From contig JBCBZJ010000002.1 of assembly GCA_039815375.1 (NCBI GenBank), positions 160,001 through 224,000 on the forward strand: DNA of 64,000 nt, in the 5' to 3' direction. Below the pieces are notes generated by a model, which did no database searches, was not told the DNA's origin, and worked only from the letters and a program-made list of their open reading frames with translations. The DNA is from Verrucomicrobiota bacterium (lineage in GTDB: Bacteria > Verrucomicrobiota > Verrucomicrobiia > Opitutales > Coraliomargaritaceae). Numbering within the stretch: position 1 is the first letter of the stretch; each line of letters opens with the position of its first letter. Positions 21,963 to 30,531 of this stretch are shown piece by piece. Both the position numbers and the translations under genes were made by a program.

Positions 21963-23033
21963 TTAATCAATCTTAGTGACATCTTCGTTCAGGTCATCCT
22001 GATCAGTCGGATAGAGTAGTCGGTGATTTATTGCCTGCGAGGCAACCATCACGGCAGTGCCAAATATATCGCTTGCGGTTGCACCACGGCTGATCTCAGC
22101 AGCTGGCTTGGTCAGACCTGTCAAGATGGGACCATAGTTGCGCACACGTGTCAGCACATCGACTAGTTTCGATGCGATGTTGGCAGCATGCAGATCCGGA
22201 AAAATCAGGACATTGGCCTTTCCTGAGACCGGCCCCTCGATCTTCTTAATCTGGGCGATTGAACTGTCGAGGGCGGCATCGACCTGCAGCTCGCCATCAA
22301 TCTCCATCGGAATGCCTAGGTCGATTGCTTTCTTGCGAGCCAGCTCGGTGGCGGCTTTCATTTTCGAGACGGTCGAATTCTTACTCGTCACGCTTTTGCT
22401 GGTATAGCTTAGCAGTGCGACACGGGGAATAGTGTTGGTCAAATGGTAGCTGATTCCTGCCGTAGTGACTGCGATGTCTCGCAATTGCTCGCTGGTTGGC
22501 TCAGGGACCACTGCGCAGTCAGCAAGGAAAAGTTCACGGTCTTTTCCGGTATCCGGATCTTCGAGATCGAAGATATTCAACGAAGACACCGTCGAGACAT
22601 CATCCTGCCGAGGAATAATCTGGAGTAGTGGCCGTAAAGCGCTGGAAGCGGTACTCGTCGCGCCAGAGACAATGGCATCGGCCTGAGCAGTGGCCAGCAT
22701 GAGCGTTGCGAAGTAGTTGGAGTTTTCAAGATACGCTTCAATTTCCCTGTCCTTGAGATTCTTGAAGCGGCGTAGGCCCTGGAACTTGGTCAGAAAACTC
22801 TCCCATTCATCACTTCGGCGAGGCTCAACAATCCGAATGCGCTCAAGGCTGATGTCGAGTCGTTCCGCATTGGACTTAATTTTTGCCCGATCACCGACAA
22901 GAATGGGGACGCCGAGCTCACGTGTGGCGAATTTACGAGCGGCCTGCAAGATGCGCGGGTCTCCGCCCTCTGGGAAGACGACACGCTTTGGATGGCGCTT
23001 TAGACGCTCTGCTAGTTTAGCAATCAGTGGCAT
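21963..23033 (-). CDS. pta: Phosphate acetyltransferase (catalytic PTA_PTB domain only)
   Basis: VVFPEG, ADCAV.P.P, DGELQVDAA, ANVLIFPDL, GPILTGL, ISRG....DI. Confidence 0.82.
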   Translation of the reverse strand: MPLIAKLAERLKRHPKRVVFPEGGDPRILQAARKFATRELGVPILVGDRAKIKSNAERLDISLERIRIVEPRRSDEWESFLTKFQGLRRFKNLKDREIEAYLENSNYFATLMLATAQADAIVSGATSTASSALRPLLQIIPRQDDVSTVSSLNIFDLEDPDTGKDRELFLADCAVVPEPTSEQLRDIAVTTAGISYHLTNTIPRVALLSYTSKSVTSKNSTVSKMKAATELARKKAIDLGIPMEIDGELQVDAALDSSIAQIKKIEGPVSGKANVLIFPDLHAANIASKLVDVLTRVRNYGPILTGLTKPAAEISRGATASDIFGTAVMVASQAINHRLLYPTDQDDLNEDVTKID

Positions 23034-23176
23034 GGTTGAAGTGGTTTGGGGTAATAAGTGTGGTTAATAAATCTACGATAAGGGTATTCATTACGAAGAC
23101 CCGAGATTAAGAGCAGAAAATATACAATTGCCAAAGTTTTTTCCGAGGTAGTTTTTAGGTCTCTCCACCTCGATTT

Positions 23177-24730
23177 ATGCTAAAAAACTACCGCAATATC
23201 GCTGTTGTCAGTCTTTCGACCGTAGGTTCACGTCTACTCGGGCTTGTTCGGGACATCATGATATTTGCTGCCTTAGGAGCCAGCCTCTGGAATTCGGCTT
23301 TCATTCTAGCGTTTACACTGCCGAATTTGTTCAGACGTTTGCTTGGCGAAGGCGCCCTGACTTCGGCGGTTGTCCCGGTTTTTTCAGATGTCGTGGAGCG
23401 TCGGGGGCCTGCCGCAGCATTTGAGTTCTTCAATCAGATTTTGCTTCGAGTCGCCGTACTTCTCTTTGGCACGGTAGTCGCGAGTTTTGCTCTACTAGCC
23501 TGCCTCAACATCTTTGGATTTTTGCCTGGGCGATGGAGCCTCGGGGCAGACCTTTCGGTTTGGTTGTTGCCCTATACGATCTTCATTTGCCTTGCTGCGA
23601 TCATTTCTGCCGGGCTCAATGTGTTGGGTCGTTTTGCAGTTCCGGCCTGCACCCCCGCATTGCTCAATCTGGCGATGATCGCGGCTCTGGCTGCTGGATG
23701 GTTTTTGGAGGCTTCGCAAGCGCGTATTGTTTATCTGTTGTGCGGAGGTGTGCTAGTTGGCGGGGTCTTGCAGCTCGCGCTACCAGCTTGGGATTTGTTT
23801 CGGCAGGGTTGGCGTCCGAAGCTTTCTATCGAGGCCTCTGATGATCTTGAATCGGTCTGGGATCTTTTTCTTCCCGGTCTCATGGGCGCAGCCATCCTGC
23901 AAATCAATATCTTAGTTTCACGTTTGTTAGCCTACGGTTTGGAAGAGTCAGCTGTCTCGGTGTTATACTTGGCAAGTCGTCTGATGGAGCTGCCTCTGGG
24001 AGTATTCACCATAGCTATCGTCACAGTCTTCTTTCCGCTTCTTGCCAAAGCTGTATCCAATAAAGACAAGGCTGATTTTGCCGCTTCATTTTCGAGAGGT
24101 ATGCGTATGGTGCTCGCCCTGTCGCTGCCTGCTGGTGTGGGCCTTGCGGTGCTTGGTGGACCTATTCTTGGACTACTTTTTCAGTGGGGTGCTTTTGAGG
24201 CCGCCGATGTTGACGCAACCATAACCCTGCTTGCCATATATGGTTTTGGTCTGCCTTTTTATTCTGCAGCCACCTTCGCGACCCGTGGTTTGCACGCCCG
24301 TAAGGATATGTTCACACCGATGCGGGTTGCAGCAGTCTGTCTTATCACAAATGTACTGTTCGGAATCACCTTAATGCAATTTATGGGTGCTACCGGTCTG
24401 GCATTAGCGAATGTATTGGCTGCAATTGTTCAGTCTGCCATGCTCTGGAATGCTCTGGCCAGTTCCGTTCCATCGATACGGCTGAAGTCTCTGGGCCAAT
24501 CTATTCTGAAGATTTTGATAGCTGCCTTGGGAATGGGGATTTTCTGTTGGTTCGGGATATGGCTGATTCCTGAGTTTGTGCCTCTGTCGGGCAAGGCTCT
24601 GGATTTATCGTTAGTGCTCCTCGGTGTGCCTCTTGGTGCCGGTCTCTATTTCGGTCTTCTTGGGCTAATGCGTTTTGAGGAGCTTGGTGAATTGAAGTCA
24701 GTCTTTAAGCGAAAATCATCTGAACTTTAG
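23177..24730 (+). CDS. murJ: Lipid II flippase
   Basis: SRLLGLVRD, LPNLFRRLLGEGAL, RLMELPLGVF. Confidence 0.93.
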   Translation: MLKNYRNIAVVSLSTVGSRLLGLVRDIMIFAALGASLWNSAFILAFTLPNLFRRLLGEGALTSAVVPVFSDVVERRGPAAAFEFFNQILLRVAVLLFGTVVASFALLACLNIFGFLPGRWSLGADLSVWLLPYTIFICLAAIISAGLNVLGRFAVPACTPALLNLAMIAALAAGWFLEASQARIVYLLCGGVLVGGVLQLALPAWDLFRQGWRPKLSIEASDDLESVWDLFLPGLMGAAILQINILVSRLLAYGLEESAVSVLYLASRLMELPLGVFTIAIVTVFFPLLAKAVSNKDKADFAASFSRGMRMVLALSLPAGVGLAVLGGPILGLLFQWGAFEAADVDATITLLAIYGFGLPFYSAATFATRGLHARKDMFTPMRVAAVCLITNVLFGITLMQFMGATGLALANVLAAIVQSAMLWNALASSVPSIRLKSLGQSILKILIAALGMGIFCWFGIWLIPEFVPLSGKALDLSLVLLGVPLGAGLYFGLLGLMRFEELGELKSVFKRKSSEL

Positions 24731-24995
24731 TCACGGTTTAAGCTGAATAGCCAAGAGTCTATTAGATTATTTGCAGGCTATGTTCTTCAGAAATGTTTTT
24801 GTATTATACATTTCTGACATCTTTCGCTGAGTCATTCCTATTGCTTCCAGCTTTCGGTCCCGAGCTTTATGATGATCTCCATCGTCCAGCCGGGTCGACA
24901 TGAAGTCGTTGAGTGTCGTATCAAATTGCCGATTGCTAGCGATGAAAGAGTATTAAAACGAACCCTCGCGATTGTCTGTTCAAAGCCTTAAGCGA

Positions 24996-25580
24996 CTAAT
25001 TGCTGTGCTTCATGGCTTCCATGAAATGCTTCCGGCACATTGCGACGTAACGTTCATTGCCGCCTATATCGACCTGTTCACCCTTGTTGATCGGATTTCC
25101 TTCGGCATCGGTCCGGAGATTCATGGTCGCTTTGCGCCCGCAATGGCAAATGGTCTTTAACTCGATCAAGTTGTCGGCCCAGCCGAGCAGAGCAGCGCTT
25201 CCCTCAAACAGTTTGCCTTGAAAGTCAGTCCGGATGCCATAGCAGAGCACGGGCACACTCAGGGAATCGGCCACCAGACAAAGCTGCTGAACTTGCTTGG
25301 TAGTAAGGAACTGGGCCTCATCGACTAGAACACAGCTGAGTTCCTGCGCGGCATGGAGCCCCTCAATAAGCTGTAACAGATCTGTTTTTGAAGCAAAGAC
25401 GTGAGCATCCGCCGATAGCCCAATACGCGAAGCAATTTTACCGTAACCATCGCGTTGGTCGATTTCCGGAGTCAGAAGTAACGTATGCATGCCGCGCTCA
25501 CGGTAATTGTGGCTCGACTGAAGTAAGCCCGTGCTTTTTCCCGCGTTCATTGCGGAGTAGTAGAAATAGACTTTTGCCAT
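24996..25580 (-). CDS. tdk: Thymidine kinase
   Basis: [29 protein letters not shown]...CRKH. Confidence 0.95.
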   Translation of the reverse strand: MAKVYFYYSAMNAGKSTGLLQSSHNYRERGMHTLLLTPEIDQRDGYGKIASRIGLSADAHVFASKTDLLQLIEGLHAAQELSCVLVDEAQFLTTKQVQQLCLVADSLSVPVLCYGIRTDFQGKLFEGSAALLGWADNLIELKTICHCGRKATMNLRTDAEGNPINKGEQVDIGGNERYVAMCRKHFMEAMKHSN

Positions 25581-25677
25581 TTAACGATGTTGAGGCTGGG
25601 GAGGTTTGCCAGCACGGCAATCACGGATTCTATTTCGTGTGGTTGACATATGGGCTTTATCCAGAGTTTGTCCAGAT

Positions 25678-26034
25678 ATGGCACGTAATATTCTAGGAAG
25701 TAATTTGATCGCCTGTAGCAAGGATCCACTCACCGGTTTTTTTAGAACCGGTACCTGCGATACATGTGCCGAGGATGGTGGCCAGCACACGGTTTGTGCC
25801 CAGATGACGGATGCCTTCCTCGAATTCAGTAAAGCGCGGGGTAACGATCTCGTCACGCCGATACCAGAATACAGTTTTCCGGGTCTCAAAGCCGGCGACT
25901 TCTGGTGCCTGTGCCGGAGCCGCTGGGAGGAAGCTCACGCCGCGGGCGTGGCTCCTAGAATACGCCTTGAAGCCACGCATGCTTCAGTTCTCGAGTATAT
26001 TGATCTGGATATCTTAAGAAGCTACGCGGTTTAG
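25678..26034 (+). CDS. DUF2237 family protein
   Basis: ARNILG..L..CS.DP.TGFFR.G.C, GNDL.TP, WCLC..RW; ATG at 25678. Confidence 0.88.
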   Translation: MARNILGSNLIACSKDPLTGFFRTGTCDTCAEDGGQHTVCAQMTDAFLEFSKARGNDLVTPIPEYSFPGLKAGDFWCLCRSRWEEAHAAGVAPRIRLEATHASVLEYIDLDILRSYAV

Positions 26035-26090
26035 GTTCTTTTTTGCCGTTCCACTTGATCATTCCGCGGAATCGTTTCCATTGATTAACT

Positions 26091-26549
26091 ATGGCAAGTG
26101 CATCCCAGAAACTCGTCGAAAAACTTCGCGAAGCAGCAGTCAACCTCGAGAGTGGGGCGGATTATAATTGGGGCAACGCAACCAAATGCAACTGCGCGCA
26201 CCTCGTTCAGTGCCTTGCTCCTGATGGATCAAAAGATTCGCTGAAGGCGATCCGAAATACGATGCTGGATGAATGGTCTGAATATGCGAATGACTACTGT
26301 CCGCAAAGTGGTGCACCCACAGATCAACTTCTCGGCACACTTTACGACTACGGAATGACTCATGAAGACATCCATCAATTGGAGTATCTCTCAAATCGAG
26401 ACGTTTTATCTGCGTTGCCTGGAGGATTTCGCTACCTTCAACATGGAAACCGGCGCGATGTCGCGCTCTACATGCGCACCTGGGCAGCTCTTCTCGAGCA
26501 GAAGCTCTTGCTTCGACGTCCGTCAAAGCTCGATCTTTCCACTGTTTAA
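26091..26549 (+). CDS. Hypothetical protein with CNCxH motif
   Basis: 152-aa ORF with ATG start, containing YNWG...CNCAHL and CPQSG. Confidence 0.75.
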   Translation: MASASQKLVEKLREAAVNLESGADYNWGNATKCNCAHLVQCLAPDGSKDSLKAIRNTMLDEWSEYANDYCPQSGAPTDQLLGTLYDYGMTHEDIHQLEYLSNRDVLSALPGGFRYLQHGNRRDVALYMRTWAALLEQKLLLRRPSKLDLSTV

Positions 26550-26769
26550 TCCGAGCGATGCAAAAGGGCTTTTCGACCCTTACATTGGTTAGGATCAGTA
26601 TTTTTGTATCAGGCTCGTTTCTAAAACATCGCATCAAAGATGTGCCCATCAAAGTAGTGTTCGCAAATTCCTTAAGCGACTAAAGCACCATGCTGGCAGT
26701 TGCATGTATCTACAAGCTCCCTCGAACTTTAGTTGCCACGCCCTATAGTCCGGTTTTAACCAGCCAGAT

Positions 26770-27219
26770 TTAGAGCTTTTCGGCAGCTTCAAGCCGAACT
26801 CCGACCATGTTGTAGTCGGCATGTGTCCCCACCTCGAAATCTGCATCAAGTGGCGGATTTAGCATTCTTCCCTCAATCACTACAGGAAGTCTACGGGATT
26901 TGTAGCCCTCGGCGCTGAGCTCGGCAGTGTAGAGACCTGAAGGCAGTAGCTCGGGTCCGATAGGGACAAGATTACGGCCTGTTTTTAGATTTCCAAACTC
27001 GTAAATGGTTTCCCTGGAATCATCGATGAAACGAATGGTCGCTCCAGGGCCGCCTTTCGGGTATCGAGTAAAGGCCATACTCATTTCATCACTGTAACGA
27101 ATGCCGACGTGCAGGACGCCTGGATTTTTTTCGGTGGTTTCAGGACCAATGACAATAAAGAGTCCGCCAACTATTCCAGTCAGAGAGATAAGAATAAAGA
27201 CGATGTATTTGCCTTTCAA
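26770..27219 (-). CDS. Hypothetical membrane-anchored or exported protein
   Basis: N-terminal hydrophobic helix and beta-rich body; TTG start. Confidence 0.65.
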   Translation of the reverse strand: MKGKYIVFILISLTGIVGGLFIVIGPETTEKNPGVLHVGIRYSDEMSMAFTRYPKGGPGATIRFIDDSRETIYEFGNLKTGRNLVPIGPELLPSGLYTAELSAEGYKSRRLPVVIEGRMLNPPLDADFEVGTHADYNMVGVRLEAAEKL

Positions 27220-27249
27220 TAGATTAGGATTGTTAGTTGTTTAGACAGG

Positions 27250-27330
27250 ATCGTTTTCGAAATCGTTGTCGTAATCGAAAACAAAGGTTTAGGTTACGAA
27301 ACCGATTTCAATGAGGATTTCGATAGCGAT
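27250..27330 (+). repeat. Hexamer-periodic imperfect inverted repeat overlapping the ATPase RBS and start
   Basis: 27250-27277 pairs with 27303-27330 (21 WC + 3 GU of 28 positions). Confidence 0.6.
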
Positions 27331-29329
27331 GAGCGATTTATTAGAAAAAACGCATCCTGATAATTCTTCCAAAAAGATTGTTTGCAGGATAGAAGATACC
27401 GACTGCGATGACTTGGACTTGAAGCTTTCAAGGCTTTGGCTACGCATTGCGATTGCTGGAGTCTTTGCCGGCCAGGGTATGGTGTTTTCGCTGGCCTTGA
27501 ACATGACACCGCCACCGTTTGGCAGTATGCCCTATTGGATTTTACACGGTGGGCTGATTTTTTCTTCTCTCGTAGTGATGGCGTTTCTCGGCGGGCCGCT
27601 CTTCGCTTCGACCTGGGGAATGCTGCGCTCGCGACGTCTGTCCATCGAGGGATTGTTCACGCTAAGTCTGGTTGGTGCCTTTGTCGGCTCGCTTGCGGGA
27701 TCATTAACGGGTGAGGGTGATGTCTTTTATGAAATCGTCTCCATTGTGATCGCAATTTACACTTTTGGGCGAATGCTGGGTGAACGTTCGCAGGCCAGAT
27801 TAATGGCTGAGAGTGAGGAACTTAGGGAGCGTTTTGATCAGGTTCAACGCGTGGATGGCGATACTGGTCCGAAGATCGTTCCCTTATCCGAAGTCGACGT
27901 GGGTGATTTGGTTCGTGTCGATCCAGGTGGTCCAATTGCAGTGGACGGTATTGTGCGCGAAGGCGTGGGCTATGTAAAGGAGACTGCCTTGACGGGTGAG
28001 CCGCTTCCGGTTGTTCGGAGTGTGGGTGATCGGGTTAGGGCTGGCACCTTTTCTGAGGACGGTAGCTTTCTTGTTGAAGTGGAGGCAGGCGCTGGAGCGA
28101 GAGAGTTGGACCAAATTCTCAATATTGTTCAATCGACCGACGGCGAACCGTCCGAGCTTCAACTCCAGGCGAATCGCCTGATACAGTATTTTCTGCCTCT
28201 TGTCGCTGCAGTTGCCATCCTGTCCGCATTATTATGGGCAGCTTTCGGCACCTGGATGGAGGCAGTTTTCAATAGTATGGCTGTTCTCCTTGTGGCCTGT
28301 CCCTGCGCCCTGGGTCTAGCTACGCCGGTTGCTATCTGGCAAGGGCTCTACCGAATGGCACAGAAGGGCCTGATCAGCCGGGATGGGGCCTTCGTTGATG
28401 CGATGGCAGATGTGCAAACCGTGTATTTTGATAAAACCGGCACACTGAGCGAGAGAGAGATGCGAGTTGTTGAAACTCTTGTCAGTGACCTTTGGCAGGA
28501 GCGGAGGACCGGGCTCATGCGCGCAGTGAGCAGCCTCGAATCCCGTTCAAGTCACCCCATTGCGCAGACCCTGATAAAGGAGCTCGGTGTCGATGAATCT
28601 GATTTCCCGATTGTTCGGGATTGGCGTTTGATTCCCGCTAAGGGTGTTGCAGGCAAGATCGAGCTCGAAGGCAGTGAGGTTGAGTTGAGGGTTGGTGAGA
28701 TTGTTGATCCGGAGTCTTGCAGTCGTGCGGTAGAACTGGAAACCCGACTTCGTTTTCGAGAGGGTAAGCGTGTCTATGTTTCGATAGATACTGAACTCGC
28801 GGCTATATTTGTTCTTCAAGAGCGACCTCGCGCCGGCCTTGAGATCGCATTAGAAGAATTGAAGGCTCTGGGGGTTCAAGCGCAGGTGTTGACCGGAGAT
28901 CCAAATCCCAATTTGCAGCTACCAGCGCATGTTCATCTTCAGGCTGGACTGTCTGCAGCGGACAAAGCGAAGATTATTGAATTAGCTGCGGAGCGTGGAG
29001 AGAATCCCTGTTTTGTTGGAGATGGGATTAATGATGTCATCGCCATGTCCGCTGCAAATACCTCGATATCAATGGAAAGCGGAACTGGGCTCGCCAACTC
29101 TGCAGGTGTTGCGCAGCTCCGTTACGACCGGGTGCAGGCGATTCCAGAGGCCATTGCACTGGCGCGCCGTATTCGGGCGCGGTTGCGCGGAAACCTCTTT
29201 TACGCGGCCAGCTATAATTTTATTGGCATGTCGCTGGCGGCGTTCGGTCTCCTCCATCCTGTGGCAGCAGCTTCCATTATGCTAATTTCCAGCTTCTTTG
29301 TTACATTTCGGGCTCTTCGGCTCAACTGA
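27329..29329 (+). CDS. P1B-type (Cu) ATPase, CcoI/FixI-like
   Basis: TGE, CPC, DKTGT, SHP, GDGIND, YN and MxxSS; no N-terminal HMA domain; upstream of the cbb3 cluster. Confidence 0.88.
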   Translation: MSDLLEKTHPDNSSKKIVCRIEDTDCDDLDLKLSRLWLRIAIAGVFAGQGMVFSLALNMTPPPFGSMPYWILHGGLIFSSLVVMAFLGGPLFASTWGMLRSRRLSIEGLFTLSLVGAFVGSLAGSLTGEGDVFYEIVSIVIAIYTFGRMLGERSQARLMAESEELRERFDQVQRVDGDTGPKIVPLSEVDVGDLVRVDPGGPIAVDGIVREGVGYVKETALTGEPLPVVRSVGDRVRAGTFSEDGSFLVEVEAGAGARELDQILNIVQSTDGEPSELQLQANRLIQYFLPLVAAVAILSALLWAAFGTWMEAVFNSMAVLLVACPCALGLATPVAIWQGLYRMAQKGLISRDGAFVDAMADVQTVYFDKTGTLSEREMRVVETLVSDLWQERRTGLMRAVSSLESRSSHPIAQTLIKELGVDESDFPIVRDWRLIPAKGVAGKIELEGSEVELRVGEIVDPESCSRAVELETRLRFREGKRVYVSIDTELAAIFVLQERPRAGLEIALEELKALGVQAQVLTGDPNPNLQLPAHVHLQAGLSAADKAKIIELAAERGENPCFVGDGINDVIAMSAANTSISMESGTGLANSAGVAQLRYDRVQAIPEAIALARRIRARLRGNLFYAASYNFIGMSLAAFGLLHPVAAASIMLISSFFVTFRALRLN

Positions 29330-29624
29330 CTCTTTCTATTTCTGATAAAATAGCACTGCTAATAGCTATAATGCCATTAGCTTATTTTCGACCAGACGTG
29401 TTTAACCGGATTTTTGTTTTCTGAGGGTTCCTTGCGAAGGCCCCGCCGCCGCTCAAAGGCCTATTTTAAGGGACTTTGAAGCTCAGTGAGTTTTTGGCCC
29501 GATTAAAGCTCTCTTAGAAAAACACCTAAACTGTTACTAATAGGGGCGTTCACTTTTTATCTTAAGCTTAAAAAACGGTTGCCATGCCAAATTGCCCCTC
29601 TTTTTTGTTAATCGCTTATAACCG

Positions 29625-29816
29625 ATGGACGACGGAAAAACTACTACACGAAAAGGCTTTTTAAAAAGAGCCGGATTGGCGTTTGGGAGCGCATTTGCAC
29701 TCTCATCGACCTCTAGCGCGGCTTCACGTTCAGTGAAGAAACCGGTTCAGGAGCTATCATCCGACCCGTATGCTCGAGTGCGAGCGGCTAGGGGAACAGT
29801 AGAACGTAAGGTTTAG
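29625..29816 (+). CDS. Small protein with Tat-like signal, first gene before actA
   Basis: TRKGFLK followed by a hydrophobic Ala/Ser stretch; ends 44 bp before actA. Confidence 0.6.
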   Translation: MDDGKTTTRKGFLKRAGLAFGSAFALSSTSSAASRSVKKPVQELSSDPYARVRAARGTVERKV

Positions 29817-29860
29817 GCCTTTCCGTGAAGATTCAGCGGCCAGCATTTTAAGAGAAAGCC

Positions 29861-30514
29861 ATGGCGAACGTATTTCCGAAGTGGGTCAACACTGTCCCAA
29901 TAAAAGTAGTTATTGCTGTTGTTCTAATTATAACGGCAGTGGTGATCGGCGTGACCTATTATTTCACCCCGAAGTATACCCGTGTGGGCTATGCCCCGAC
30001 TCAGCCTGTCGCTTTCAGCCATGCGCTTCACTCCGGTCAGCTCGAGATAGACTGTCGTTACTGTCATACTTTTGTTGACCGTTCGGAGCACTCGAATGTT
30101 CCAGGCTCTAATGTTTGCATGAGCTGTCACAGTATGGTGCGCAAAGACGATCCGCAACTTGCGGTTATACGTGACAGCTATGATTCCGGCGAGCCCGTTC
30201 CCTGGGTTCGGATTCATAAGACCCCTGACTACGTTTACTTTAATCACTCTGTCCACGTGAATCGTGGCATTAGCTGTGTCGAATGCCACGGCGAGATCCA
30301 GAAAATGGAAGTCGTTCACCATGCAGAACCGCTCTCTATGGGCTTCTGCCTGGAATGCCACCGCAACCCAGAACAATACATCCGGCCCGTCGAAGAGGTT
30401 TACAATCTTGATTGGGAGCGCCCGACCGATCCGGAGTCCCTCGCCGAGCTTCACAGCTTTGTGCATGACTGGAAGATCAACCCGCCGCAGAGCTGCTCCG
30501 GTTGCCACCGCTAA
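29861..30514 (+). CDS. actA: Alternative complex III pentaheme cytochrome c
   Basis: One TM helix and five CxxCH motifs (CRYCH, CMSCH, CVECH, CLECH, CSGCH). Confidence 0.92.
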   Translation: MANVFPKWVNTVPIKVVIAVVLIITAVVIGVTYYFTPKYTRVGYAPTQPVAFSHALHSGQLEIDCRYCHTFVDRSEHSNVPGSNVCMSCHSMVRKDDPQLAVIRDSYDSGEPVPWVRIHKTPDYVYFNHSVHVNRGISCVECHGEIQKMEVVHHAEPLSMGFCLECHRNPEQYIRPVEEVYNLDWERPTDPESLAELHSFVHDWKINPPQSCSGCHR

Positions 30515-30531
30515 TTACTGCCTTTCTGAAA

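Noticed and set aside
24767..24901. 44-codon minus-strand ORF (LDDGDHHKARDRKLEAIG) faintly resembling a DUF2726/DUF559 nuclease tail
   Set aside because: The similarity is too short to support a gene or pseudogene call without a search.
29575..29600. Sigma-54-like or FNR-like site upstream of the act operon
   Set aside because: TGCCATG-N5-TTGC lacks the -24 GG and has the wrong spacing; no TTGAT-N4-ATCAA was found.
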